DNA from: an uncultured Candidatus Saccharibacteria bacterium
GTDB taxonomy: Bacteria > Patescibacteriota > Minisyncoccia > Phycocordibacterales > SBAW01
Assembly (NCBI GenBank): GCA_964566795.1
Contig: CAZMIU010000001.1
Coordinates: 333,091-397,090 of the forward strand
DNA: 64,000 nt
Direction: 5' to 3'
Under the pieces are notes generated by a model, which was not told the origin of the DNA, made no database searches, and saw only the letters and a list, made by a program, of their open reading frames with translations. A program made the position numbers and the translations under genes. This document shows, piece by piece, positions 9,230-19,606 of the stretch (its first letter is position 1; every line of letters begins with the position of its first letter).

Positions 9230-10789
9230 CTATTTAAGGAGTGCCCACATGGCAGGGTCCTCTGCGCCGCCCATGCTAAACACCGCTACTCCGCGCAGGC
9301 CATACTCGCGTGCCTGGTCAATTTTGTCTTTAATCGCGATAGCATCGCTCCAGGTCACGTAGTTAAACGGCTTAGATCCGCTAAGCTGGCTGCCCAGGTT
9401 CGTGGTGGTACCATCTGCGGGGCCGATTTGCGACTGCGTCTTGGTTGCCCCCTCCCCGCTGGGCGCGTGAGCATCGCCATCGTAGTAGGTAAACCCTATC
9501 TCATTTGCACTGGTGCGATGCGGGGTTACACCCAGCTTCTTGGCCAGATCCAAAGCGTAGCCGGGGTTAAACGCCCAGAGCGACTGATAGTCAAAGCCGC
9601 CCCCGCCCTTGGGCGTCACTTTGTACTCATAGCCGTAGGTGGGCACGCCGAGTATCAGCTTCTTTTTATCAATGCTCTGCGCCGCAAGCTCAATCATGGC
9701 GCCCGTCCAACCCGGGTCGGCAACCGGGGCATACGGCGCCGAGCGCGCAGAGTTAAGGAGCTGATCTACAATGCCCTGGTCGTAGGCCATAATCTCTACC
9801 CTGTCGCAGTACTTGTTCATCGCGCTGTAGTCGTTGGCATAGTCCAGCGAGTCCGGCGGTATGGTCTGCCCAGGCAGATAGCGGTGGTTTAAGGGTGAGC
9901 GCGACTCAATAGTGCAGTAGACCCACTTTTTGCCCATGGCGGCATAGAGCTCCTTGAGGAAGGTCGAGAAGTAGTCTTTGGTGCGGGCCTGCTTGGCCTC
10001 AAAGTCGATGTCGATGCCGTCAAAGCCGTTGGCGTTTACAATGCTGACAAGCTCGGTTACCAAAGCTTTCCGCTTTGTGGCGTTGGAGAGCACCTCGTGG
10101 TTGGTGGGGCCGTCGCCAATGACGACAGACGGGACCACGCGCACCTTCTTGGCTTTTGCGTCTGCGATAAACGTCTTCCACGGCTCCATGGTCGGGATAA
10201 AGTCGCCCACGACCTGACCCTCAAAGTTAACCTTGTAGCCAAACGGCATCACCGAGGTGAGCTGGTTTAGGTGCGGCGTCACATCTGCCACCGCAGCTTC
10301 AGTACGCCAGTCGGGCATCCAGCCCGAGAACTCCAGAGGCCCTGTCCACTTGGGGCCGATAGAGTACCCGGTGAGCACGCCCTGCTGGTTTGGGTCGGAG
10401 CCTGGGGTTACACCTGCGGGAGGTGCCACATATTTACTGCCAACATTTGCCGAGCCCGCAGTGGAGCTTGTCGAGCCGCCAGTGGACGCACCACCCGCAA
10501 GCCCGAGCGCGGCCTGGGTCTTGGGACCCACCATGCCGTAGCTGCTGCCCGAGCAGACAATATTTTGTGCGCATTGAAATTTTTTCACACCCGCGAGTGT
10601 GGCCGGGCCAAAGCGCCCGTTTGGGGTTGCGGTAAGGTAGCCCTTGCCCGCAAGCGCCTCCTGCAGAGCGGTCACATCAGCACCGGTCATGCCTTGGGTG
10701 AGCGTGCGCGCTGACACGCTTGCGGGGAGCGCGGCGAGTACAAGGATAAAAACTGTGGCAGCAATGCCGAAATGTTTTGAACTATGCAT
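9230..10789 (-). CDS. Secreted PG_binding_1-domain + GH18-family glycosyl hydrolase, a likely peptidoglycan/chitin hydrolase.
   Basis: Signal peptide. PG-binding domain: MTGADVTALQEALAGKGY...GPATLAGVKKFQ. GH18 catalytic motif DGIDIDFE (DxxDxDxE), plus MAYDQ and LGVPTYGYEY. Confidence 0.6.
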   Translation of the reverse strand: MHSSKHFGIAATVFILVLAALPASVSARTLTQGMTGADVTALQEALAGKGYLTATPNGRFGPATLAGVKKFQCAQNIVCSGSSYGMVGPKTQAALGLAGGASTGGSTSSTAGSANVGSKYVAPPAGVTPGSDPNQQGVLTGYSIGPKWTGPLEFSGWMPDWRTEAAVADVTPHLNQLTSVMPFGYKVNFEGQVVGDFIPTMEPWKTFIADAKAKKVRVVPSVVIGDGPTNHEVLSNATKRKALVTELVSIVNANGFDGIDIDFEAKQARTKDYFSTFLKELYAAMGKKWVYCTIESRSPLNHRYLPGQTIPPDSLDYANDYSAMNKYCDRVEIMAYDQGIVDQLLNSARSAPYAPVADPGWTGAMIELAAQSIDKKKLILGVPTYGYEYKVTPKGGGGFDYQSLWAFNPGYALDLAKKLGVTPHRTSANEIGFTYYDGDAHAPSGEGATKTQSQIGPADGTTTNLGSQLSGSKPFNYVTWSDAIAIKDKIDQAREYGLRGVAVFSMGGAEDPAMWALLK

Positions 10790-10829
10790 ATATACAGTAT
10801 AGACGAGAGCGGCAGTATTTCATTACCCG

Positions 10830-11108
10830 TTACTCGTATATGCCGGCCTCTTGGCGCGGGACAAACTCGTACACCGAGCTGTCGTCCTCCTCTATATGCG
10901 AGAACGCGAGGCCCTGCTCCTCAAATATATCGAAGAACTCTCCCCACGTAAGGCGCATTAAGGACTCATCACCCTCGCCCCAGTCAAAGCGCAGTTGCGC
11001 CTCGCTGCCCTCGACAATAGCGGGCATACCTCCGCGCCCCGCCGCCCACCTGCGTATATGCGTATGATCTGTTGTGTACGTTTGCTGCATACCCCACTTG
11101 TATCTCAA
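10830..11108 (-). CDS. Small conserved hypothetical protein.
   Basis: TTDHTHIRRWAAGRGGMPAIVEGS...LRFDWGEGDESL...WGEFFDIFEEQGLAF resembles a small DUF family I cannot name with confidence. Confidence 0.35.
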   Translation of the reverse strand: MRYKWGMQQTYTTDHTHIRRWAAGRGGMPAIVEGSEAQLRFDWGEGDESLMRLTWGEFFDIFEEQGLAFSHIEEDDSSVYEFVPRQEAGIYE

Positions 11109-11183
11109 GCCGGGTGTAGCGCAGATGAAGTCCCGACGCTGCCAGAGGCGGTTGCAGGATCCCGACCGCTTTGCGCGTCGGGA

Positions 11184-11744
11184 CTACCAACCCAGGCCCC
11201 GTGCGGCAAAGCCTATAAGCAGTATGCCGAGCGCGTTCATGGTGTAGGAGATAACAAAAAAATACCGGTTATTGATCTTTGAGAGCCCCAAGAGCGCTAA
11301 GCCCAGCTCGTCCGGCAAGGGCGATGCAATGATAAGCGCGCCCACTATGGGGAGCACGCGCCTAAAGTGCCTATGCTTAAAGATATGCAAAACGCGCATA
11401 ATCCTTGGCCCGCGCAGCATAAACGTGGCATCTCTGGTTATCCTGTCGCGCACAAACAAGAAGATGATGAAGTCGCCGAGCACGGCGCCAAAGGCCCCGA
11501 CCAGGGCCACAGCGTACATGTTGCCCTCCTGCGACAACTCGCCCAAGACCGCAATAGCGGGCGCGGTAGTGACAACCGAGGTAAAGAATGCGCCCGCAAT
11601 AAGGCTCGCCCATAACACGCCGTCGCCCGTGTACTGCAGAGCCGCATGCACCAAGTCGTAGTGCACGATAGCCCACGCCGCCACAAGCGAGAGCAAAATA
11701 ATCAGGCCATCTTCGCGCAGATGCGAACGAGCACGCTTCATCTC
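11184..11744 (-). CDS. Multi-pass membrane protein (hypothetical).
   Basis: Several TM helices. The start is probably the M at MKRARSHL. Confidence 0.4.
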   Translation of the reverse strand, partial: EMKRARSHLREDGLIILLSLVAAWAIVHYDLVHAALQYTGDGVLWASLIAGAFFTSVVTTAPAIAVLGELSQEGNMYAVALVGAFGAVLGDFIIFLFVRDRITRDATFMLRGPRIMRVLHIFKHRHFRRVLPIVGALIIASPLPDELGLALLGLSKINNRYFFVISYTMNALGILLIGFAARGLGW

Positions 11745-11837
11745 TCTAGTATCACACAACAATTTCCGCAATATTGGGGTGCTAAGCACCCATATTTTGG
11801 CATTTTTGTGGTGTAATTTTATTTACCTTTTGCCCTC

Positions 11838-12242
11838 TTACTCGCTCATGGAGCCGTCCCAGTGGTCGTTAGGCTCGTCGGCGTCTGTATCTGCTTTTGT
11901 CTTGTGCACCAGCCCGTCTTTGTGGTTGGGTGGCGAGTATACCGTGTAGAGCTTAAGCGGCACCTCGCTCGAGGTATTTACAACATTATGCTTGGTGCCT
12001 GCCGGCACCGTAATAGAGAAGCCATCGCTCACCTCGTGCTCAACGCCGTTTACTATCGCCTTGCCCTGCCCCATCTCAATGCGCAAAAACTGGTCTACAT
12101 CTGTATGGGTCTCCTCGCCTATCTCGCCACCCGGCACAATACTCATCACCACCAGCTGCTGGTGTTTGCTGGTGTAGAGCACCTTTCTAAAATTATCGTT
12201 GGCAAACGTCTCCTTCTCGATATCTGTTACAAAGCCTTTCAT
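11838..12242 (-). CDS. Cupin-domain protein.
   Basis: Cupin motifs: G(X)5HxH-like ETHTDVDQFLRIEMGQG and GTKHNVVN. Confidence 0.65.
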   Translation of the reverse strand: MKGFVTDIEKETFANDNFRKVLYTSKHQQLVVMSIVPGGEIGEETHTDVDQFLRIEMGQGKAIVNGVEHEVSDGFSITVPAGTKHNVVNTSSEVPLKLYTVYSPPNHKDGLVHKTKADTDADEPNDHWDGSMSE

Positions 12243-12259
12243 AAGGCTAGTATATCAAA

Positions 12260-14029
12260 TTAGCGCATGCGGCCGCCTGGCTTTTTGCGCAGGCGCACCG
12301 ACTTGGGGGTAACCTCCAGGTACTCATCGCCCTGCATGACCTCAAGGCCGCGCTCGATGGTGAGCGTGTACGGCGGGATAAGCTGAATTGCCTCGTCAGA
12401 GCCGGAGGCGCGCATGTTGGTGAGCTGCTTGCCCTTGGTCGGGTTGGCAAACATCTCGTCGCCCTTACTTGTGTTGCCTATAACCATGCCCTCATACACC
12501 TCGGTGGCGGCACCAATGTAGAGCGTGCCGCGGTCCTGCAGGTTATAGAGCGAAAAGCCAAGCGCCTTGCCTGCGGCCATGGAGACCATGGAGCCCACGG
12601 CGCGCTTCTCTATCTCGCCGGCGTGCGGCCTAAACTCAACAAAGCGCGAGGAGAAGATGCCCTCTCCCTTAGTATCCAAAACAAACTGCGAGCGGTAGCC
12701 GAGCAATCCGCGTGTGGGGCCCTCAAATATCATGCGCACTGCGCCATGACCCAGCTTCACATCCTTGAGTATCGCCTTGCGCTTGCCAAGCTTCTCGATG
12801 ATGGCGCCCTGATACTCCTCTGGGGTGTCGATAGTGACCTCCTCAAACGGCTCGAGCGTGACACCATTCTCCTCATGGAAGATTACCTGCGGCTCAGATA
12901 CCTGGAGCTCGTAGCCCTCGCGGCGCATGTTCTCCAAAAGGATGGCGATGTGGAGCTCGCCGCGGCCGTACACCCTAAACGCCTCTGCGGAAGAGAAGTC
13001 TATTTTGAGCCCCACGTTTATCTCAAGCTCCTTCTCGAGCCTGTCGCGGATCTGGCGCGTTGTTACAAACTTGCCCTCGCGGCCCGCAAACGGACTGTTG
13101 TTAACCAGGAAGTTCAGGCCGATGGTGGGCTCGTCCACGGCGATAGTAGGCAGGGGCTCCACCTCTGCGCTCTCACCCACCGTGTCGCCGATGTATACGT
13201 CGCCGAGGCCCGCCACCAGTACAATGTCGCCGGCCTGCGCCTCTGGGATCTCCACGCGCTCCAACCCCTTAAAGGAGAATATTTTTATAACCTTGGCCGC
13301 ATGGCCGGAGCCGTCTGGCTTTTTAACAAAAAGGTTTTGTCCTGTCTTGAGCACGCCCTCATAAATGCGTACCACCGCCAAACGGCCCAAAAAGTTGTCG
13401 TAGCCGAGGTTAAACGGCTGCGCGCGCATGGGCTTCTGTGCAAGGGACTGGTCTACAGAGGGCACATGCTCGAGTATCGCGTCCAAAAGCGGCGTGAGGT
13501 CCTTAGAGTCGTCGTCGAGCTTCTTTTTTGCAATACCCTGGCGGCCTATCGCGTAGATGACCGGGAAGTTGCTCTGCTCGTCGTTGGCGCCCAGCTCCAA
13601 AAAGAGCTCTAGCACCTGCTCCTCTGCCTGTGCCGGGTTTGCTGCGGGCTTGTCGATCTTGTTGATGATAACCATGGGGCGCAGGCCAAGCTCCAGCGAC
13701 TTCTTAAGTACAAAGCGGGTCTGGGGCATCGGGCCCTCCTGCGCATCTACCACCAACAGCACCGAGTCGATGCTACGCAGCACGCGCTCCACCTCCGAGC
13801 CAAAGTCGGCGTGGCCCGGGGTGTCTACAATGTTTATTTTGGTGCCCTTGTACTCCACGGCCGCGTTCTTAGCGTAAATCGTGATACCGCGCTCGCGCTC
13901 GAGGTCGTTGCTATCCATCGAGGTGCCCTCGGCCGCGGCATTAGTCTGGCGCAAAATAGCGTCAGTGAGCGTGGTTTTGCCGTGGTCCACGTGGGCGATG
14001 ATGGCGATATTGCGGATTTCCATAGTCAA
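12260..14029 (-). CDS. typA: Translational GTPase TypA/BipA.
   Basis: [31 protein letters not shown], and full EF-G-like domain architecture. About 589 aa. Confidence 0.9.
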   Translation of the reverse strand: MTMEIRNIAIIAHVDHGKTTLTDAILRQTNAAAEGTSMDSNDLERERGITIYAKNAAVEYKGTKINIVDTPGHADFGSEVERVLRSIDSVLLVVDAQEGPMPQTRFVLKKSLELGLRPMVIINKIDKPAANPAQAEEQVLELFLELGANDEQSNFPVIYAIGRQGIAKKKLDDDSKDLTPLLDAILEHVPSVDQSLAQKPMRAQPFNLGYDNFLGRLAVVRIYEGVLKTGQNLFVKKPDGSGHAAKVIKIFSFKGLERVEIPEAQAGDIVLVAGLGDVYIGDTVGESAEVEPLPTIAVDEPTIGLNFLVNNSPFAGREGKFVTTRQIRDRLEKELEINVGLKIDFSSAEAFRVYGRGELHIAILLENMRREGYELQVSEPQVIFHEENGVTLEPFEEVTIDTPEEYQGAIIEKLGKRKAILKDVKLGHGAVRMIFEGPTRGLLGYRSQFVLDTKGEGIFSSRFVEFRPHAGEIEKRAVGSMVSMAAGKALGFSLYNLQDRGTLYIGAATEVYEGMVIGNTSKGDEMFANPTKGKQLTNMRASGSDEAIQLIPPYTLTIERGLEVMQGDEYLEVTPKSVRLRKKPGGRMR

Positions 14030-14153
14030 AATGAAAAGGCGGGCTGGCCCCGCGCTTCCTTATATATACTATACCTCGATTACAAGATTACACAAGTCGT
14101 TTTGTAATATTGTTTTGTGTACCGCCCGCGGCCAAAACTCGTAGGCTTAAGAG

Positions 14154-14693
14154 ATGCGCCATGGTGAGCAAAGTAAGCTGTTTGACCTACCGGAGCAGTT
14201 GCCTACCGGGCTTGTATACCGCCCAGAGTTTGTCACCCCGCACGAGGAGGAGGTCTTGCTGGCTTACATAGACAACCTCTCGATGCCGCTCATGAAGTTC
14301 CGCGAGCATAGGTCCAAGCGCCGCGGGATGAATTTTGAGGGTGTGCTGCCGCTGTTTTTACAACCCCTGCAACGCCGCATAGCTAAATGGCTCGATGTCC
14401 CCGCACGGCGCATCAACGAGGCGTTTGTGCAGGAGTATCCGGTAGGCTATGGCATTGGCTGGCATAGAGACCGTGAGACTCCGCTTGTAGTGGGGGTGTC
14501 TTTGCGCGGATGGGCGCGCATGCGCTTTAGGCCTTTGGATAAAATCGGTGACGCCCAGGCTGTAGTCTCATTTGAGGTCGAACCTAGAAGTGTCTACGTG
14601 ATGCAAAAGGAGATAGCCACCCGCTGGCAGCACAGCGTGGCCCCTGTCGAGGCCCCGCGGGTCTCTATCACCTTGCGTATGCTGCTTACTTAG
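14154..14693 (+). CDS. AlkB-family 2OG-Fe(II) dioxygenase, DNA/RNA alkylation repair.
   Basis: GIGWHRDRE (HxD), a downstream H in WQHSV, and RVSITLR (RxS...R 2OG-binding). Confidence 0.7.
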   Translation: MRHGEQSKLFDLPEQLPTGLVYRPEFVTPHEEEVLLAYIDNLSMPLMKFREHRSKRRGMNFEGVLPLFLQPLQRRIAKWLDVPARRINEAFVQEYPVGYGIGWHRDRETPLVVGVSLRGWARMRFRPLDKIGDAQAVVSFEVEPRSVYVMQKEIATRWQHSVAPVEAPRVSITLRMLLT

Positions 14694-16137
14694 ACAAATC
14701 GAGCACCTCATCGATGCGCACCTGTGCCACAAACTCCGGCACGTGGCTCACAAGTATCATCGGGCCCTCGTAGGCCGAGAGCGCCTGCGCTATTACCGGC
14801 AGGTGGCGGAAGTTGATGTGGTTGGTGGGCTCGTCGAGTATAAGGAGCCCCGGCTTGAGCAATACCAGGCGCGCAAACGCCACGAGGCCCTTTTGCCCCT
14901 CACTAAGCGTGCCAATCTTGGAGTGGAACAGCTCTCCCGAGATGAGAAACCCAGATGCCACACGGCGCACCTCCTCCTCTATGGGGCGGCTCAATACCGC
15001 CGAGAGTTCCTGGTACACCGTTTTGTCAAAGTCGAGGTTGGAGAAGTCCTGGCGATAGTAGCCTATGCGCACGCCTTTTTGCAGGGTTGCTCCCTTGGCG
15101 CTGCCGTCTGCCAGAGACTGCAGCAGGGTCGACTTGCCTATGCCGTTTGGACCGGCAAGCAGGAGGTGGAAGTTCTTTCTAAGAGACGCCTTCTTTTTGC
15201 GCTCAACCGGCTTGTGCTTTTGTATGACCGTCATCGAGGTAATGGCGAGCACCTCGCCAATGAGCCCGTCCTGCATCGGGATTTTAAACGGACGTATGGC
15301 CTTGTCCTCTTTGCGTACATCTACCTTCTCCTCCTCAAGCTCCTCGGCCTTCTCGCGCATGCGCTTGGCTACCATGCGCATCTGGCCTCCCTTGTTTGCA
15401 AAGAAGTTGGCCTTGTCCTTATTCTCCTGTATCTCTTTGGCCAACAGCGCGTTTTTGCGGTTTTCCTTCTCGATGCGGGCAGATATGTCCTCAAGCACAT
15501 CGTCATAGTTGCCGACATACTGCTCCACCTTGCGTGTTCTCGCATCAAGGTAGAGCACGCCCTGCGTAAACGAGTTTAAAAACTCGGCGTCGTGCGATAT
15601 AACCACCACAGTCTTTTTGTACTCGACAAGAAACTTGGTAAGGTGCGCAATCCCTTCGTGATCGAGGTTGTTAGTTGGCTCGTCGAGCAAAAGGAGGTCC
15701 GGATTTTGTATAAGGGCCGAGGCCAACAAGAGGCGTGCCTGCTGCCCACCCGAGAAGGAGCGCACTATGCGCTCGTGCGGGGCCAACAGATTAACCACCT
15801 CAAGCACCTGGTCGATGCGCGGGTCTATGTCGTACACCTTCTTGGGAAATACGTTTTGAAAAAACTCACGCACTGTAAGGTCGAGCTGGTCACGAGGGAT
15901 AACTTGGCGGCCTATCGCGATTGAGAGGCCGTTTTGGATTATGATGCGACCGTCCTGCGGTGCCTGCGCACCGGTAATAAGCCCAAAGATAGTACTCTTG
16001 CCTGCGCCGTTTTGGCCCATGAGCGTGATCTTTTGGCCGCGGCGAATCGAAAAGTCCACCCCGTCGAGGATGGGCTTTTTGATTCCGAAGTCGTGACTAA
16101 CTCCCTGAAACCGCACAATAACCTCGCCCGCTGTCAT
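14686..16137 (-). CDS. ABC-F family ATPase with two ABC cassettes, a ribosome-associated translation factor type.
   Basis: Two Walker A motifs (GQNGAGKST, GPNGIGKST), two signatures (FSGGQQARLLLA, LSEGQKGLVAFA) and an interdomain linker. Confidence 0.85.
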   Translation of the reverse strand: MTAGEVIVRFQGVSHDFGIKKPILDGVDFSIRRGQKITLMGQNGAGKSTIFGLITGAQAPQDGRIIIQNGLSIAIGRQVIPRDQLDLTVREFFQNVFPKKVYDIDPRIDQVLEVVNLLAPHERIVRSFSGGQQARLLLASALIQNPDLLLLDEPTNNLDHEGIAHLTKFLVEYKKTVVVISHDAEFLNSFTQGVLYLDARTRKVEQYVGNYDDVLEDISARIEKENRKNALLAKEIQENKDKANFFANKGGQMRMVAKRMREKAEELEEEKVDVRKEDKAIRPFKIPMQDGLIGEVLAITSMTVIQKHKPVERKKKASLRKNFHLLLAGPNGIGKSTLLQSLADGSAKGATLQKGVRIGYYRQDFSNLDFDKTVYQELSAVLSRPIEEEVRRVASGFLISGELFHSKIGTLSEGQKGLVAFARLVLLKPGLLILDEPTNHINFRHLPVIAQALSAYEGPMILVSHVPEFVAQVRIDEVLDLSK

Positions 16138-16172
16138 GCACTACACAATACCACACGTTTGAGAGAAATCAA

Positions 16173-17411
16173 TTAGAGCTCATCTTCTGCGTCTTTGGCG
16201 AGGTCCTCGGCATCGCGGCCCAGCTCTTTTGCCTCGTCGTAGTCCCTGTCGTCATATGCGTCCTCAGCATCACTCAGCTTATTCTTGGCATCTTTGAGTA
16301 CATCGCGCGCATCTTTAACGTCGTCGCCGTCATCCTCTGCGTCATCTATCTTCTCCTTGGCGTCGTTGTACGCGTCCTGCGCATCCTCTATGGCGTCCTC
16401 TGCCTTCTGCTTGTCGCTCTTGTCGTCGTCATCGTCGCTGTCCTCATCTATCGCATCAAGCGCGTCGTTGGCCTGGCTGCGTGCCTCTTTGGCGAGTTTC
16501 TTTGCCTTGTCGTAGTCCTCGTCCTTGTTGGCAGTCTTGGCATCTTTGAGCATCTTCTCCGCATCAGCAAAGAGGTCCTCGGCCTCGTCGACATCCTTGC
16601 CGTCGTCGTCGGCCTGGTTTATCTCATCCTCCACGGCATCAAGCCTGTCCTCCACATCATCTATAAGACTATCTATTTCATCCTCCTCAGACTCACCGCC
16701 TGCATCCTCAAACGCATCGGTTGCATTTTTAAGAGCCTCTTCTGCCTTGCCCGTCGCCTCATCGTAGTCATTCTTGAAGTAGGCCATCACCGCATCAAAG
16801 ATGTCATCCTGGGCATCCTCGAGATTGCCTTTGGCTTTTGCCACATCGCCGCCGCCATCATCTATCTGCTCGTCTGCCTCCTCGTACATGTCGAGCGCTT
16901 TCTCTATAGCGTCGCTCGCCTTCTTTTGGTCGCCTGTGGTGCCGGCCGATGCGGCCTTGGCTGCCGCAAGCTCCTGCGTGAGCGAGGAGACCTGCGAGGT
17001 AAGCGATATGATGGTTGCTGCGTTACCCGCGCTCTCGGTCGAGGCGCCAAGCACAGTGGGAGTGGAACCTGAGTCTGCAAGGCTTGCGTACTTGGCACGC
17101 GATTGTGCGCCAAAGTAGCCTATAGCCGGCGAGAGCCCTTGGGCCTGCTGCCACTTAACCACTGCATCTGTGGTTTTGTCGCCAAACTGGGTTGTCTCGT
17201 GGCCCGGGGAGCCGCCACCGGAGGTGGCAATAGTGTAGCCGTTGTCGTTGAGATACTTTTGCAGGCACATGACGTCTGTGCCTACCATCCCCTTCTCTAA
17301 GTTGCGGGTAAAGGTGCACGAGGCGGCGTGCGCCGGCGTGACAGCTATAAGCGAGAGTACAAAAACCAGGCCCAAAGCCAATAAAAGCGTGCGGGATTTC
17401 ACTAGAGTCAT
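16173..17411 (-). CDS. Secreted protein: PG_binding_1 domain plus about 270 aa of acidic D/E/A/K low-complexity repeats.
   Basis: Signal peptide. PG-binding domain: LEKGMVGTDVMCLQKYLNDNGY...KWQQAQGL. The C-terminal region has repeats such as DAEDAYDDRDYDEAKELGRDAED / KDEDYDKAKKLAKEARSQANDALDA. Confidence 0.6.
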   Translation of the reverse strand: MTLVKSRTLLLALGLVFVLSLIAVTPAHAASCTFTRNLEKGMVGTDVMCLQKYLNDNGYTIATSGGGSPGHETTQFGDKTTDAVVKWQQAQGLSPAIGYFGAQSRAKYASLADSGSTPTVLGASTESAGNAATIISLTSQVSSLTQELAAAKAASAGTTGDQKKASDAIEKALDMYEEADEQIDDGGGDVAKAKGNLEDAQDDIFDAVMAYFKNDYDEATGKAEEALKNATDAFEDAGGESEEDEIDSLIDDVEDRLDAVEDEINQADDDGKDVDEAEDLFADAEKMLKDAKTANKDEDYDKAKKLAKEARSQANDALDAIDEDSDDDDDKSDKQKAEDAIEDAQDAYNDAKEKIDDAEDDGDDVKDARDVLKDAKNKLSDAEDAYDDRDYDEAKELGRDAEDLAKDAEDEL

Positions 17412-17454
17412 CCCTTAAGTATAGGGCAGGTTTTGGGGATATCCCCACCCTCGA

Positions 17455-17853
17455 TTATTTCTTCTTACGGGCAGCCTGTGCCTTTTTAATATTGGCTTTT
17501 TGGGCCTTTTTCATCGCCGGGGTGGGCTTTTTGGCCTCGGGCACGTTGCGCGGATGCGCCCTAAATATGTCGCCCTTTATATGTACAATGGGCCCCTTAA
17601 TCTGCTTGAGCACGCTCCTCTCCTTTGCACCGGTGATTTTTAAATGCCCTTTAACGACGTCCGCCTTGTCCTTGGCAACAAGCCACGAGACCGTGTCCCA
17701 ACTGCCACTCCTGCGGTGTCCGGCCAGTCTCTCAAGCCCGCCTTTCTTCCCCACATCCTGCACCCTAAAGCTTGAGAACTGACCCTTGGGACGCAGCTCG
17801 ATGCGGTAAAACTTGCCTTTGCCTGTCGAGCCCGGAGCTTTGCGTTTTGCCAT
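17455..17853 (-). CDS. Basic hypothetical protein, possibly nucleic-acid binding.
   Basis: Lys/Arg-rich termini (MAKRKAPGSTGKGK ... KKAQAARKKK). No recognised domain. Confidence 0.4.
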   Translation of the reverse strand: MAKRKAPGSTGKGKFYRIELRPKGQFSSFRVQDVGKKGGLERLAGHRRSGSWDTVSWLVAKDKADVVKGHLKITGAKERSVLKQIKGPIVHIKGDIFRAHPRNVPEAKKPTPAMKKAQKANIKKAQAARKKK

Positions 17854-17861
17854 ACGTAGTA

Positions 17862-18341
17862 TCAGTTACCTTTTAATGGGATCTCCTGCAGCACGTGCCC
17901 GCTGCCGTCTAGCTGGAACGCGTAGTCTGCCCAGCGTACCCATGTGGGCTTGATCCACACGACAACAATGTCTTTAGGGTCGAGTTTGCTTATAGGGCCA
18001 TAAAACCAATTGTTGGAGTTCAGCACCTCCATGAGCAGAGGGAGCTTTTCCTTGGCCTCGTCGTCAAGCGATATGTCCATGGCCACGCCCTCCATCTGGA
18101 GCGTTTGCGGCACGTCGGGTGTTGAGACGGTAAAAGCTACCTTGGGGTTGGCCTCGAGCGCTACAAACTTGCGGCTGTCGATGAGCGTGAGAAAGAAGAT
18201 ATTAAAATTGTCATCGACAGTATAAAACACCATGCTTGCATGCGGCCCGCCGCCCGGGGCAACAGTCGCGAGCACTCCCGTTTTGTGATGCTTTAAAAAC
18301 GAGAGGGCGTCTTTGCGGGCGTTTTCGGTATTGCTGTCCAT
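17862..18341 (-). CDS. Pyridoxamine 5'-phosphate oxidase-like FMN-binding split-barrel protein.
   Basis: LKHHKTGVLATV...GPHASMVFYTVDDNFNIFFLT...KFVALEANPKVAFTV has a PNPOx-like fold signature. Confidence 0.6.
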   Translation of the reverse strand: MDSNTENARKDALSFLKHHKTGVLATVAPGGGPHASMVFYTVDDNFNIFFLTLIDSRKFVALEANPKVAFTVSTPDVPQTLQMEGVAMDISLDDEAKEKLPLLMEVLNSNNWFYGPISKLDPKDIVVVWIKPTWVRWADYAFQLDGSGHVLQEIPLKGN

Positions 18342-18346
18342 ATATC

Positions 18347-18508
18347 TAGGCCATCGCCGACAATGCTACGCCCAGGTAATACGGCCAGATAACTATTGCC
18401 AGTACTCCCTGCCAAAACCCCAGATGCAGGTAGCCTATAGTAAACAACCAAGCCGCAACCCATACCCCTCCTGATAATGTGTGGTGCTCTATCTTGATCT
18501 TCTCCATA
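18347..18508 (-). CDS. Small (53 aa) membrane protein. It is below the ORF-track cutoff.
   Basis: Hand translation gives MEKIKIEHHTLSGGVWVAAWLFTIGYLHLGFWQGVLAIVIWPYYLGVALSAMA, which is hydrophobic. Confidence 0.25.
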
Positions 18509-18536
18509 GGGTAATCATACTCCTATCTGGAGAGCG

Positions 18537-19103
18537 TCAATAGGGGTGTTTTGTGCGGGACAGTATGCCAACCATGCCGGTATTGAGCATAATCATGGCT
18601 ATCGAGTGGAGCGTTGTAGCCAGGTTGTATGTCTGCAAGGACGCCAGTATAAGCATGTGTCTGAGCACGTTCGAGCCGTACAGCGCCCGCGACTCTGTTG
18701 ATGGATGCGCCCACGATTTGCGCACAGTGGGCGCAAACGACACCAGGTCAACGCCAACGGCAATCGCGATGGAGAGCGTGGGGTCGTTTGTCAAAACCCA
18801 CGGCACAAGGCCCGCGAGTGCGATACACAGAAACGCCGCGTCGCTTTTGGTAATGCCAGTAAACCCATACTTAAACGAAAAGAGAAATATAAGGATGGTA
18901 AAAAGTTCTGATACGGCGATAGGCAGTGCGCCAATGCCCGCGCCCTTCTCCAGCATCCCAAACAAGACAGTTGCCGAGACAATACTGCCCACAAGCCACG
19001 TGTATGGGTGCGGGCGGACCGTACCTCTTACCATGTCACGCAGATACGGCACATTGCCCACGACCGCAAGGAGCGAGGCCACAACGGCAAGAAAAATAGT
19101 CAT
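18537..19103 (-). CDS. Multi-pass membrane protein (hypothetical).
   Basis: 5-6 TM helices. No known motif. Confidence 0.45.
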   Translation of the reverse strand: MTIFLAVVASLLAVVGNVPYLRDMVRGTVRPHPYTWLVGSIVSATVLFGMLEKGAGIGALPIAVSELFTILIFLFSFKYGFTGITKSDAAFLCIALAGLVPWVLTNDPTLSIAIAVGVDLVSFAPTVRKSWAHPSTESRALYGSNVLRHMLILASLQTYNLATTLHSIAMIMLNTGMVGILSRTKHPY

Positions 19104-19205
19104 ACCTTTGCTGGCCGTCTCGGGCTAGAACCGTCCTCGGCCAAGCCCTGCAAGGCGGATTAGCTATATTTTACCCTAGCCCCACGACGCGTCCTGAGCG
19201 CTCTA

Positions 19206-19556
19206 TCAATTTACTAAAACGTGTATTTTCTGCTCTCGTATCTTTGAGGCCTCAGCCAAGGCGTCGGCAATCTCCTCTAAGTGGAGCCTAACCATCTCAT
19301 TGGGAATATGCATGGTGTTGTACCCATTCTTATGGGAGTAGTAGCCACGGCCCAAATCGGCCAAGATCTGCTTAGGATCGGTAAGGTGCTGGATGCCGTC
19401 TACCTCAATGTTTATTTTGGCTCTTGGGAGCGCCAAATCCACAGTTTTAAAACCGTCGTGTAATTCCACGTATACCTTTACATCCCTATCCTCTAGAGCC
19501 TGCCTTAGCGACTCGGCTTCTGCGGTCGGGACCTTAAATCGAGTTAGTTTTAGCAC
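19206..19556 (-). CDS. DUF559-domain protein with a Vsr-like endonuclease fold.
   Basis: TAEAESL...F..VDLALPRAKINIEVDGIQH...D...GY matches the DUF559 pattern (IEvDG.qH). It lies 50 bp downstream of, and co-oriented with, the PHP-ATPase gene. Confidence 0.55.
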   Translation of the reverse strand: MLKLTRFKVPTAEAESLRQALEDRDVKVYVELHDGFKTVDLALPRAKINIEVDGIQHLTDPKQILADLGRGYYSHKNGYNTMHIPNEMVRLHLEEIADALAEASKIREQKIHVLVN

Positions 19557-19606
19557 ACCCCTATTCTACCGCTGTTTTCAGGCAGAAAGTGACAATAGTG
19601 ACACTT

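Noticed and set aside
12623-13612. The 329-aa plus-strand ORF antisense to typA, and similar long antisense ORFs (48925..50250 in pyrG, 59133..61079 in ligA, 28086..29249 in the P-type ATPase, 14743..15579 in the ABC-F gene).
   Set aside because: They lie opposite genes that have unmistakable conserved motifs. They are low-complexity shadow ORFs typical of high-GC DNA.
16285-17118. Ser/Ala-rich plus-strand ORFs (16285..16515, 16525..16767, 16801..17118).
   Set aside because: They are antisense translations of the acidic D/E/A repeat region, where GAx/GCx codons read in reverse as Ser/Ala. They are not independent genes.
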